Assembly: GCF_009834535.1 (NCBI RefSeq)
Contig: NC_045696.1
Location: 12,216,001-12,280,000 of the forward strand
DNA from: Camelus ferus
Taxonomy: Eukaryota
Direction of reading: 5' to 3'
DNA length: 64,000 bases
Below the pieces are notes generated by a model. The model did not search any database and was not told where the DNA came from. It worked only from the letters and a program-made list of their open reading frames with translations. Below are positions 52,681 through 64,000 of this stretch, one piece after another (position 1 is the first letter of the stretch; every line of letters begins with the position of its first letter). The position numbers were made by a program, and so were the translations under genes.

Positions 52681-53814
52681 TTTGAGCTTCTTTTTTTCTT
52701 TTTCTAAGCCTTTCCCATACATTTGTAGATTGTATTGGGTTAGTTTTGTTCTTATCCATAAATACATACCAGTATTCTGAACTGTGAGAAGGTAGGTAGA
52801 ATAAGAAAGAGCAGGTGCTTGAAGAAGAATCCACAGAATTCAGTTGCCATGGTGGAATTAAAAAAGCGAGTTTGATGAAAATTCAAGTGGAAATAACCGT
52901 GTGTGGTCTTCTCCATTTAGAATTGTACCCAAATCTGTATATAGTGTTTTGAAATAAAATAATCCTGTGCATTGTTGTATCATAGACAAATGACTCTTCA
53001 TTTTATTTTGTTTTCCTTGTTCTCCTTTCTAGCTCTTTATGAAAGATATCCAAAAGTTGATCTCCACTGAAAAACAACACTAAAATCAAGCAGAAGATTG
53101 TTTTGGCAAAACATAATGGACTGATAAAAGACTAATTAGTATGTTTGAGTTCAGGCCTCGGGACATTTTTTTCAAATGTTTTCAGTTTTATTCATGATTT
53201 TAAATGTACCTCTCTTTTATTTTGAAACACATGCTTGTTTTGGAGGAAAACTTTGGCAATATGTCAAGGAATAAGTTATAGCCAAATGATTTAAATAGTG
53301 TTTACCAAGAATCTTTGGGAAGTGTTTTTCTCCCTACTGTAAAGTCTGGCAAACAGCTCAGGGAGATGTTCAGTCTTAAACAGAGATGTTGCAGTTTTGA
53401 ACTGGATTAAATTTGAAAAGTACCTTCTTAGCTTTTACTTGAGACTTTTTGGTAATATAAATCAAAACAAAACTCCCAAAAAACACTTCTTCTTTCATCT
53501 TGTAAAGTTCTGTGCTCTTTTAAACCATTATGGGTGTTTTATACATAAGCTGTACTCACATTAACTCATGGATATACTGAGAAACCAAGCATTTTTTGTT
53601 ACGCAACTAGAGTGTAAGAAAATTCTTCAAAGACTTATAGGTCAGAGACTGAAGAGTGAACACTGCCTCAAAGAGAAAGATAAGGCCTGTTTTCCTTTTA
53701 AATTAGGTTGACCTCACCATTAGAATAGGTAAAATTGTGTCATATTAATTACTGACCTGCAAGATGTTAGAAAACATGTTAAGAAATTAATGTGGAGGCA
53801 TGACACACCTACTT

Positions 53815-54948
53815 TCTTGTTTTTTACTTTTACTGAGATAAATATACATATATAATTCAGCCATAACATTGTGCAAGTTTAAGAGATACAATGTCTTGAT
53901 TTACTACACTTGTCTATTGCAGAATGATTACCACCACCTAAATATCACCTAAATGCTATGTGTGTGTGTGTGTGTGTGTGTGGTGAGAACAGTTAAGATC
54001 TGCTCTCCAAGCAGCTTTCAAGTATATAATACAGTACTATTAACTATAATCACTATACTATACATTAGATCCCCAGAAGTTATTCATCTTATAACTAGAA
54101 GTTTATTCTCTTTGATAAACAGTCTCCCCTTTTCCCCACCTCCCACCCTGGTAACTGCCATTCTACTCTTTGTTTCTATTGTTTCAGATTTTTTGGATTC
54201 CACATGTAAGTGGTATTATACAGTATTTGTCTTCCTCTATCTGACTTACTTCACTTAGCCTAATGCCCTCAAAGTCAATCCATGTTTTCCCAAATGGCAG
54301 GATACCCTTCTTTTCCATGGTTGAGTAATATTCCATACTACGTACCTCGTCTTCATCCATTCATCTGTTGGCACATTCATTTGTTGACGACATCTATTCT
54401 TTCCATATTTTAGCACTTGTGAATAATGCCGCAATGAACATGGAGGTGCAGATATCTCTTGCAGACTCGCTTTTCATTTCCTTTGGATATATACTCAGAA
54501 GTAGGATCGCTGAATCATATAGTAGTTTTATTTTTAATTTTTTGAGGGGCCTCCATACTGTTTTCCACAGTGACTGCACCAATTTACATTCCCACCAACA
54601 GTCCACTGAGGATTCCCTTTCCTTCACATCCTTGCCAACACTTGTTATCTCTCATCTTTTTGATAACAGTCATTATCTCTTTGTGGTTTTCATTTGCATT
54701 TCTCTGGTGATTCACGATGTTGAGCATCTTTTCATGTACCTGTTGGCCACTTGTATGTCCTTTTTTGGAAAAATGTCTGTTCAGTTTTTTTGCTCATTTT
54801 TCAGTTAGATTGTTTACTTCTTTTTCTGTTTAGTTTTATGATTTCTTTACATATTTTGGATATTAACCCCTTAACAGATATATAGTTTGCAAATATTTTA
54901 TCCCATTCCATAGGTTGCCTTTTCATTTTGTTGATGGTTTCCTTTGCA
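53815..54948 (-). mobile_element. L1MA-like 3' end (ORF2 C-terminus plus 3'UTR) with (TG)n at ~53958-53981
   Basis: ORF 54394-54627 [16 protein letters not shown]...[11 protein letters not shown] matches the L1 ORF2 C-terminus. Confidence 0.95.
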
Positions 54949-56777
54949 ACATACATACTTTATGTAGAAAGAGTTATGGGTACTGTTAGTGTCTTCCTAA
55001 CCCACACTGTCTCCCTTCACATAAAACCATTTTCCTCTGTGCCACTGGTCAGAAATTCTGCTAATGGAGACATAGTCCTTTATGTGAGGCTCAACAGTAC
55101 CTTGAGTGAGATCATGACTTTTATACCATCAACATTAATGACCATAGTCATTTCATAATGACTTTTCATAATTTTTTTAAACAGCAGTTGAATACAAGGA
55201 GGAGAATGAAAAATCAATAGGCTAAAATTAAAGTCCTACTTACAGAAACCAAACCTTCGTGGGCTTCATGATGGGGCTTCTGCCTCAGAGAGTTATTGTG
55301 ACGCTATCACAACATAAAGGGAATAAAACCAATAGCACAGTGTGCAGAACATGGCATATCATCACATTCTAATTCTCTTCCTCCTCACACAGGCCCTTCA
55401 CATCCCATGCACCAAATGACAAACCAGGGCATTGGTACATATGGATATAAATTCTCCATTGTTAAAAAAGAAAAAAACCCTATCACTTCTCCGTATATGA
55501 TGGTGCATATACAGGTGTCCTATACCGACCACTCTAAATCTAGATTTCAGATATTCTGACTCCCCCCCACCCCAACTATAAATCATGCATTGACAAGACT
55601 AAATCTATCTTTCTAAATACATTATATTTGATTTTTTCAGATGCTGTTTGATTATTGACAGGCCCAAACAAACACATTATTTCTGTCTCATTTGGCTGGG
55701 GGTGAGAGACTGGGAATAGGAGAGTGGAATTGCCCCCTCCTAGGTGTTAGATGGTATTTGTGACAAAGGCTAATGTCAAATGAAAGGGCCTTCCTCTCTA
55801 CCCAGCCACTATGGGTCCCCAGAGGTGCCTGAAACTCACTTCTGGGGTACCAGGAGGTGGTGTCCTCTCTCTTATTCAAATCTCCTCCTGTCCCTTGGGG
55901 ATGGGGGTAGAGTTACAATAAGTGATGGAAAGAGGAGGGGTTGACAGAAGTAACCCCGCCCAAGTGAGAGTAAGGCCAAAAGAGGCCCCAAACTCACTGA
56001 CCAGTTTGCATGGTGGAGGGAGACATGGTACCTTTCGGTGTTCCCTGCTCTGTGTAAAGCATGTAACCTGATGCTAGAGTAAGAGGTTGACAACTACCCA
56101 CGTTACTACCTCTGGTCCTCTGGAGAAGCTGCAAGTCAAGGAAGTAGCTTCAGACTTTCAGAAAGGAAAAATACCTTATTAGGGTTTCCCTAATAGTCAG
56201 GATGCTGTGTGGTGTTAACCACCTAGACTGAAGCCGCTTCCCATCCTAGAACCCTGGGCATTGGCACTTCCCTGGGGCTCCCATCCACCTAAAGGATTGT
56301 CCAGGCCTGACAGACACCACCTCTTCACACTCCAAAGTGAAGGTTGTGAGAGCATTTTGGGGGTCTTAGAAATGTAACCCTCTTTATAGTCTTCAAGTCT
56401 GTTGTTTGACTTCTGATCAGATTTTCATAAACATTCCTTATGAAATAAAACTGGGGCTGTGTATAGCTGTTCAATAAGAGTACTTAATTTTTCAGAGTTC
56501 TGTTCATCCTAAAACACAAATTCTAACGATCTTTGCTACAATGTAAAATTTTTTAAAATATTTTACAGTGGTGGTACCTGGTAAATAAACATTGATTTAA
56601 CACTTTCAGATAAATTCAGGAAAATGTCCTTGTGTCATGTCTACTAGAATGACTAACATTTATTACAGATTACATAATTCTTAAATACTGATGTTTTGAA
56701 GGTGTTTGGTCCTCATATCACATTGCATTGTTATCCTTTCCATAATTGCTAGATGTTTTGATATATTCATGTAATAA

Positions 56778-56798
56778 AATTTCTTTTCTTAGGTAAGG
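56778..56798 (+). promoter_or_regulatory. recursive-splice-site-like motif (polypyrimidine-AG|GTAAG)
   Basis: aatttcttttcttAG|GTAAGG in apparently non-repeat DNA. Confidence 0.3.
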
Positions 56799-58208
56799 AA
56801 ATCTGGTGTCAACATACATTTTGGACTTTGGATGACATTTCAACTAAAATTATATATAATAAAATGATAACTGTTGAATGTACCTTTTCTAACTTGAATA
56901 TTATTTCTTTCTCTATGTAAATTACAAGAAAGTAGTATAATGTGCTTTTCCCCATTATATATTTTCTTTTGTTACATGTATTATCACTTTAAAGTTTGTG
57001 GATACTTAGTGTCTCAACAATTGCCAGCAATTGTTGCCCTTTTCTAAATTTTAGGGTCAATGACTTAAAAAGAGCAATTCTGCCACCTTGTGTTTTGTAA
57101 AATCCAGGATAGCTGCTGGCTTCTGGGAAATTGCCAGTAGTTTTCTTGCCAGCTTGAAAGTTGTAACTCTGAATCAGATTTCTAGAACAATCAGCTGTGC
57201 CCCTCCCCCAGTTCTTTTTTTCCAAGTTTGCACAAACCAATCATGGAAGCTAGTTACTTTATCTGTACTTGTGCCAGACTTAGAACTCATTCCTCAGGAT
57301 TTTTACTAAGATTTGTACAGCCAAATAACAAAACTTTAATTGAAACCATATGTTATTCTGCTTGAAAGTGTGTTTTACTTTAAAAATTTTTCAAAATTTA
57401 GGATAGATTTGCATATCTGAATTGGTGAATTACTAGTTGATACTTTGGACTACAGAGACTATATTGCTAGTGCATTTTTTAAAAATTAATAAAAACAATA
57501 GAAGAAAGCAAGCTTGCAATTTTTAAAAATTAAACTTTCAGGAGCTAGGAAAAGTTGCATGTGTTTTTTGAACTCAGATAATTACTAGAAGTAAGCTATC
57601 AGACTTTCGTGAAATTATCATTTATGGGGTTAAAACAAGCAAACAGTGAGAAATAACAGAGAAATAACAGAGAAATAATCACTAAATTAATTGATGTGCT
57701 GAGAAACAATACAGTGTTTAGAGGGTTCTGGTTTATCACTCTTCCCTAGAAAGACAGAACAGAAGATGAAATGCTGTAAAAGTTGACCTGGACTTCTGAG
57801 TCTGTTTTCCCTTGACACTTGAATTACTGAACTCTTTGTTCCAGTCTGTTCCTTTTGTGTATTTATTTTCAACTGTGAGGATATGAGTTAGTATTCAAAG
57901 AACCAAAATTGGATATTCTTAACCTTAGGAGTCTATGGAAGAGCTTCATCAGAAGTTTTTATATACATGTATATACATACATATATAGTGGTTGAGGTGG
58001 AGAGAAACCCTCATTTATTTTCATCTGATTCTCAAAGAAGTCCATGACATCCCCCAAAAAAGGGGGAGGATAAAAATAACCATAAAAAAATCTGATATCT
58101 ACAACACTAACCCCTGTGAGCAAATCATAAAGGATCCCATGGTATGCTACTGCCATCTTGTGTCAAACTAGCACCTCGCTCAGTTTGCATCAAGAGTGCT
58201 AGTTGAAA

Positions 58209-58670
58209 AGATGTGATACCATATTTATGTGGAATCTTTAAAAAAAAAAAAAAAAGACAAACTGATTCACAAAACAAAAACAGACTCACAGACATAGAAA
58301 ACAAACATGGTTACCGGGGGGGGGGGGGGGGGGAAGAGGGTGGGAAGGGATAAATTGGCAATTCTAGATTTGCAAATATTAATACGTATAAAATAAATAA
58401 ACAACAAGTTCATACTGTATAGCACAAGGAACTACATTCAATATCTTGTAGAAACTTTTGGTGAAAAGAATATGAAAACGAATATATGTGTGTTCATGTA
58501 TGACTGAAGCATTATGCTGTACACCAGAAATTGACACAACATTGTAAACTGACTGTACTTCAATAAAAATATATATACACATCACATTTATATACATCAT
58601 ATATATATATGTATATATATATATACACATATACATCATACACACACACACACACACACATACGAAAAAA
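58209..58670 (+). mobile_element. young L1 3' end with G18 run and (TA)n(CA)n tail
   Basis: L1 3'UTR text; exact TSD aagagtgctagttg on both sides. Confidence 0.95.
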
Positions 58671-60180
58671 GAGTGCTAGTTGGATGGATGATTTAGAAGC
58701 ATTCTCATTCCAGCCTGTATGGTTCTGCAGAACCTTAAGGACAAAATAAGAGTGAAGTTCAGTCTATGGGTCCCTTAAAGCATCACTAGAATTCTAACAC
58801 ATTTGATAATGAATAGCCTACTAAGAATTAAAGATTTGTCCTTAATAGTTTTACTCTTAAATGACTCTTTTGTGCCTGGAGCAGAAATTAGAACTGGTAG
58901 GATTCTCGTAAGAGGGAATATGTAGACAGTAACATTTTACACCCGGAGGCAAAAAGACATCACTGTCTATTGGGATGCTGCAAGGAATTTTGAAATCATG
59001 AAGACTTCACATTTCCTCTATCTGTGGGTTTCTGTATATTCACTCAATACGAGTCAAATTTCAAAACTTTCTAAAGTTTAGGCACTTCAACTTAAAAAAA
59101 CCCTTAAAAAAAAAAAGCCTACAAAAAGGAAAAAAATGCTCAGGTTTATTACACAAAATTAAAAGAATTTTTCAGCCCTGTGATTTCTAGTTATGTGGCC
59201 AGTCAATATGTGTTGATTTCACTACTGCATTTAAGTGTCCACAAGTGATTTTAGCTCTTAAAGTTCCCCATAATCTAAGAAATGTAGGATTAATCACAGA
59301 ATGACAGAAAGGAAATGCAGAAGTCCCCATGCTAGTCTACCAACTCAGTGTGAACCTGCCAATTTCACAAACGTGTGGCCTTTATACATATTTTTAATAT
59401 TATCAGCTTGTCAACTACATGAGAAGATGATTAGAGACAACTGAAAACTGCTCTTGAGTAACAGGTGTCTTCTGGACCCAATGAAGGAATAAACTATGAA
59501 ATGTCTTTCTTACTATTGTGACTGCAAAATTATCTCAGGAACAATTACACAGGTCACGGCAGATATTGGAGGTTATTTCCAGCCAGCACAAAATCTCTAT
59601 TTAAGAAGAAATTTGAAGTAGCCCTTTGACTGAAAAAGGATCATGAGGACTAGTCTTGACCCTGATTTTGAGCAGCAGGAACGGTAATTGGGGGTCTTCT
59701 GTGGAGAGTATCGCTCAATACACCTGCTGGATTGCAAATGGCTCTTGAAGGAAGGTAACATTTGGCCTCATGATCTAGCACTGTAGTCAAAAGAATAAGT
59801 AGAAATAATCAGTAGAACAATAAGCACAAATAAATTCATCTTCACAGGAGAAATTTTACTTCATAATTTATTTTTAACCTGGGGGATGAGAAAGACAGAT
59901 GCACCTAATTCAAAAACTTCCACTTAAAAAGCATTACTCATGTTTTCTGGATCAAGTCACCCCTCATCTTAGTCTTTGATCCTGTAATTCATTGGCTTCC
60001 TTCACATGATAGGGCTTCCCAAAGCATCTAAGAAGTACCTTGAACCGGAGCCTCAGTGACAATAAAACATGCCAGGACTCAGGTCTCTGCTTCTGAACCA
60101 CTCAGGTTCTCCCACTAACTGGTATCTCTGAAGTCAGTGCCAGGTACCAGTTTTGGGGACCTCTTGCCAGAGGGCAGGCT

Positions 60181-60360
60181 GGCTCTCGGAGTCGGCAGCG
60201 CTGTTGCTGGGAGACCGTATCACTCTGGCCTTGCCCATCTGATACGCCTGCCCCGGAGGAAGCGCTGCAGGGACTGATAGACGGTTTCCTTCCGCTTCAT
60301 GCTTCTTGACCAATGAAAACAAAGCACAGGAGCGGAAAACTCAGTAATCACGTAACAAAA
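60181..60360. promoter_or_regulatory. small CpG-rich promoter/enhancer-like patch
   Basis: 11 CpG in 180 bp; ETS-like ttccttccgc (60286-60295), CCAAT (60310-60314), gcggaaaa (~60332), CRE-like tcacgtaa (60348-60355). Confidence 0.4.
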
Positions 60361-61090
60361 GACCTCAGGCATGAAAATCTTTCACTTTGGACAGTGGAAA
60401 CTTGATTTTGTTACATCCTCCCTGAAATTTGCTTAGAAATCAGAAAAACAGTCCTGGAAAAGCCCTCAAAAGACCATGTGTCCAGTTTCCTGCCACCGGG
60501 GGCCTGTTTTACTGTGCCCCTTGCTTCCCCAGCCACACCAGATGAAGAGCATAGATGCTCTCTTTGGCAGTCTTTCCAGTACTTTCATTCCAGTGGTGGC
60601 TGGGCTCTCCACTCCACTTGCTTAAGACCCGATTCTGCAGCTGCCGCATCCTGTCTTCTCCCGATGAGACTGACTGGATGCTGACTTGAAACGTCTCTTT
60701 ATGCCCAGAGTGACCACTGATGCTAACCGTCAGATCTTTCTGCTAACGTGGCTCCCAGTGAACTCTCAGTGCTGTTAGTCTGGACTCCCTTCTCAGCATC
60801 AGCACCACCTTTGTATCAGTGCCCTGCACACCAGCCTTGCAAAAGAGATGAACGTCTCAGGGCTTCTTCCAGTACTTCCAGGCTCTCTTGGTGACTTTTG
60901 CATTGTTTTCCCAGGAGCCCAACCAGGCGACATTAAGCAACACCACCAAGCATCCATCCAGTGGCCAAGATCAAGTCAGTTCAGCTCAATTCTTTCCTGC
61001 CCCAGAATAAGCTCCCTGTACATCCAAAGCACCTTGGAGGAGTTGAAATAACCTTTGAGCCCACTCTGCGTTACACGGAAAAATGTCAGT
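60200..61090 (+). mobile_element. ancient non-L1 LINE RT fossil (Ingi/Vingi-like or RTE-X)
   Basis: Ordered degenerate motifs: GSAAGTDRRFP, QWKLDFVTSSLK, PGK..DHVSSFLP, FIPVVAGLST, DPILQL, (G)LPVNS, HPKHLG, ITFEPTLRYTEKCQ. Confidence 0.55.
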
Positions 61091-62087
61091 TCCAATGTTC
61101 TCTGAGGTATCTCTCCCAGAAAACTCATCAGTTATTTTTATGAAACTCTTAGCAGCTTTTATTCCTAAGTGGAAGTCAGTAAAATTAATATGCAGAACAA
61201 GCCTGCCCCCCAGGAGACGTGTGCTTCACTAAACACATGAGCATCTACGCGGATGGTAAAATTGTACTTTCCCCTCAATTGTTGGGTAGGGAGTAATTTT
61301 TGTTTAACTATGTCCCCTGCTCATTCCAAGCAGTTGAGTGCACATGGATACTTTCTAACCACCCTGCATTTTTCAAGAAAATTTCTTTTGTTGTTACTAA
61401 TTTACCAAAAACCGCATTTTATGACTTCAAACCTTCAACATCCTTTAAAGTTGACATGAATTTGGCTCTTTCTGATTGATCTCAATATATTTCTGACTGC
61501 GGTAGTATAGAGAGCCAATATCCATTTCTTTCAAAAAGGACCAAAGGGAAAAAAAAAGGATCAAAGAAAGATTCATTCTCTGTTCCCATAAAAACTGTTT
61601 TTAAAAAGCTCCCCTTTCCTAGCATTTATCTTCAAGAAAATTTAAATAAAAAGTACAGCAAACACTTTCACCCTTAGATACAATTAGACTTTTAAAATTT
61701 CAAGATATTTGAGCTTTCCTTACAGTATCTATATTCTACAATTAAATTAAACTTTTATTGTCATCTGCAAGAATGTATCTTGTTGGAAAAGGGGTTTATT
61801 ATCATTTAACTTCCAAGTGTGTAATTCTGTGTGGAGGTGTATGTGTTTTTCGGGGGTGAAGTAGGGGTGTTAACATATTTAAGAATTTTTGAAAGGAAAC
61901 CCTAGGAAACAGGGTCTTAATCTTCCTGAAATGAACAAATTGGGTGCCAATCAGTATTCACTTCCCTATAGGTACAAAGAGAAACCTCAAATTATTTGGG
62001 AGAGCATTGGAGGGGGAGGCCCACCTGTGTCGCATATTCCAACCCCACAAATTCATTCACTTGGTTTTATTTCCTTGTGCTGTTTTT

Positions 62088-62350
62088 ATAGGTCAGTAAT
62101 CACTGATTTGCCATTCTGAAATCTCAGAAACTGAAAGTTTAGGTCTTTCTCCCAATTCATTTGGTGGCAAAATCTGAACTATCTAATGCATAGTCTTTAT
62201 TTCCTAACTCCAATTAGTTCCTACATTTCACTGCAAAAATATATGAGTATATTTGATAACAAGTTAGGGGTACACGCAGCATAACACCTATCTAAATCTG
62301 AAGTTCCAACATTTCTGGTCCTGAGGATCTTAGACCAGATGTTTGGATCT
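62088..62350 (+). mobile_element. MamRep434-like TcMar-Tigger MITE
   Basis: attcatttggtggcaaaatctgaac...acatttcactgcaaaaatat...catttctggtcctgagg; related to 2765-3050. Confidence 0.7.
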
Positions 62351-64000
62351 ATGCTGGGTACCACAACCACTTCTAAAAGAAGAAATGCCCTCAGAGAGGG
62401 GCTTGATTAGATCACTGGTTCCTAACTAGCAATAAAGATGGCGCAGAAACTTTGTTTAGGGACAAGGGTGGGGTCTAGAAGTGATAAGAGGAGTGATAAG
62501 AAGAGAGAGATAAGGACTTCCAGTGGCAAATATTGCCTACATTGCATTGACATAATTTCCAGAGAAATTTGCTCCAGCTTGTCATCCAAAAAGCAAAACC
62601 AAGATGCTCTTCCTCTAGACCCTCCCAGTACTCTACATGGTTGATCCTACACTTCTGTTTATGGATCTTGGTGCATTTCCTTCAGCATTAAGAGGGAGAG
62701 AGTGGATCTCACTGCTTTTTCAAGGCTGTAAAAATACAACTATGTTTTATCCTATTTACATTTGAATTAACAAGTTCTAAAATAAATTGTAAGGATAGAG
62801 TTTAAGAAGTTCAGGAACTCCTTCAGACCTTCCAGATACAAAGGTTTTCATGTGAAAAAATTAATTTATGGCTAGAGTAATTTTATGGCAATTGTAAGAA
62901 AGAAAATATCAAATAAGTTACTGAAATCTATAATGATGAAAAACTTGATGGCCATCTAAGAAATTAATTCAGATTTCTGAAAATTTGGCTGCATGTTTAC
63001 TTTCTTTTCTTATATATTATACATCTTATATATTGTATATATATATTTGAAATGCCATTTTGAATAACTGATTTTCTATTAAACATTTGAAATGCGTAAG
63101 AAAGAAATTGCTTAAAATCAGTAAATAAGTCTTTCAAATAATGTTGTAAATGTATTCTAAGTTGTGCTCAGACTCTACAAATGTTCTGATATATTATTTC
63201 AAATACACCACAAACTTAAGCATATATTTTCAAGAAGCATTTTAGCCAATCAAGACATTTTCTTATGCCCTGTTATTCAAACATTTTCTAATTGTTGGTT
63301 TAAGTGGGACGTTTCATATCAACAATAAACAGCTCCATTAAGAACAAAAATGCCTAACTTGGAATCATATAATATACTTGATTTGCTAATAACTTGGGAC
63401 GCATGATTTTTAAATTATATTTAGGGGAAAGAGCCTTTCGGTTGCAATTTGATTATGGACATAGAATTATAATCAAGCCCTAGTAGAGCTATGTCACATT
63501 TTTTTTTTTAAATTTTCCAGCCTCAAGTAGATAGGGTTTTGATTTGATCACATCCTCAGGAATTCAGTGTGGCTCGCTGTTGAGTGGAATCTTGGATTAT
63601 GCTCATTTAGAGCTGGAAGGGGAAATGACCAACAAGAGATCTAACAGAAAGCAGACTCTGCCATATGGCTCCTAGCTATTTGCCCTTTGAAGCTCAGTGA
63701 AAGAGATCTGAGATACTACAGGGATGTTTTCCCTTTGTCATGAAAGATTTGTCTAGGAAGACAGCAGAAGCCATGAATTTGACATGTTGGTCAAAATACA
63801 AGAAGTCCAAGCCAACAGATGGGAAAGTAGAGGGCCTCCAGCTGCTTCAAATGAATCCCTGTGGTGCTGAGCATCTTTCAAAGGGGGCCAGTCTGAGAAT
63901 AAAACCACAGAGTTCTTCCCCCATCACTAAGTAGCCCTATAAGTCTCAGCTCATGAGATACCTTCTGTTTGCTTCGGTTCTGAGAGACCCTTACTAAACA

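Noticed and set aside
53033..53083. Strong plus-strand acceptor with a short frame
   Set aside because: All frames close quickly; no supporting upstream exon or recognisable peptide
54368..54808. 146-aa ORF
   Set aside because: Antisense frame of the L1 ORF2 3' end
55690..56390. GC-richer block with small hairpin tattaggg-ttt-ccctaata
   Set aside because: Possibly an old LTR, but I could not assign it; the hairpin is short enough to be chance
57648..57680. 11-bp tandem repeat x3 (agagaaataac)
   Set aside because: Ordinary slippage repeat with no spacers; not CRISPR-like, and the DNA is eukaryotic

Overview
AT-rich, CpG-depleted mammalian genomic DNA, most likely camelid (alpaca/llama/camel). 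This is inferred from three tRNA-derived SINEs of the camelid Vic-1 type and about ten young L1 3' ends of one style. The window reads as intronic or intergenic. I found no intact, recognisable protein-coding gene: the listed ORFs are repeat remnants or chance frames. Much of the sequence is a layered transposon record of L1 (young tails plus two long decayed copies), L2, MIR, MaLR/ERVL/ERV1 LTRs and Tigger/Kanga DNA transposons, often nested. Repeat subfamily names come from recalled consensus sequences, not a search, and boundaries are approximate. Main signals: (1) a perfect 88-bp inverted copy of nearby LTR sequence, inserted with microhomology at both junctions (5296-5383 vs 5874-5961); (2) a ~0.9-kb fossil of an Ingi/Vingi-like or RTE-X LINE reverse transcriptase (60200-61090) whose 5' part keeps a CpG-rich, promoter-like motif cluster; (3) a second ancient L4-like RT fossil (27290-28200, minus); (4) a Tigger element that still carries transposase sequence and hosts a second Tigger MITE; (5) a twin-primed L1 cluster; (6) a recursive-splice-like AG|GTAAG site at 56791; (7) weak candidate exons on the minus strand.
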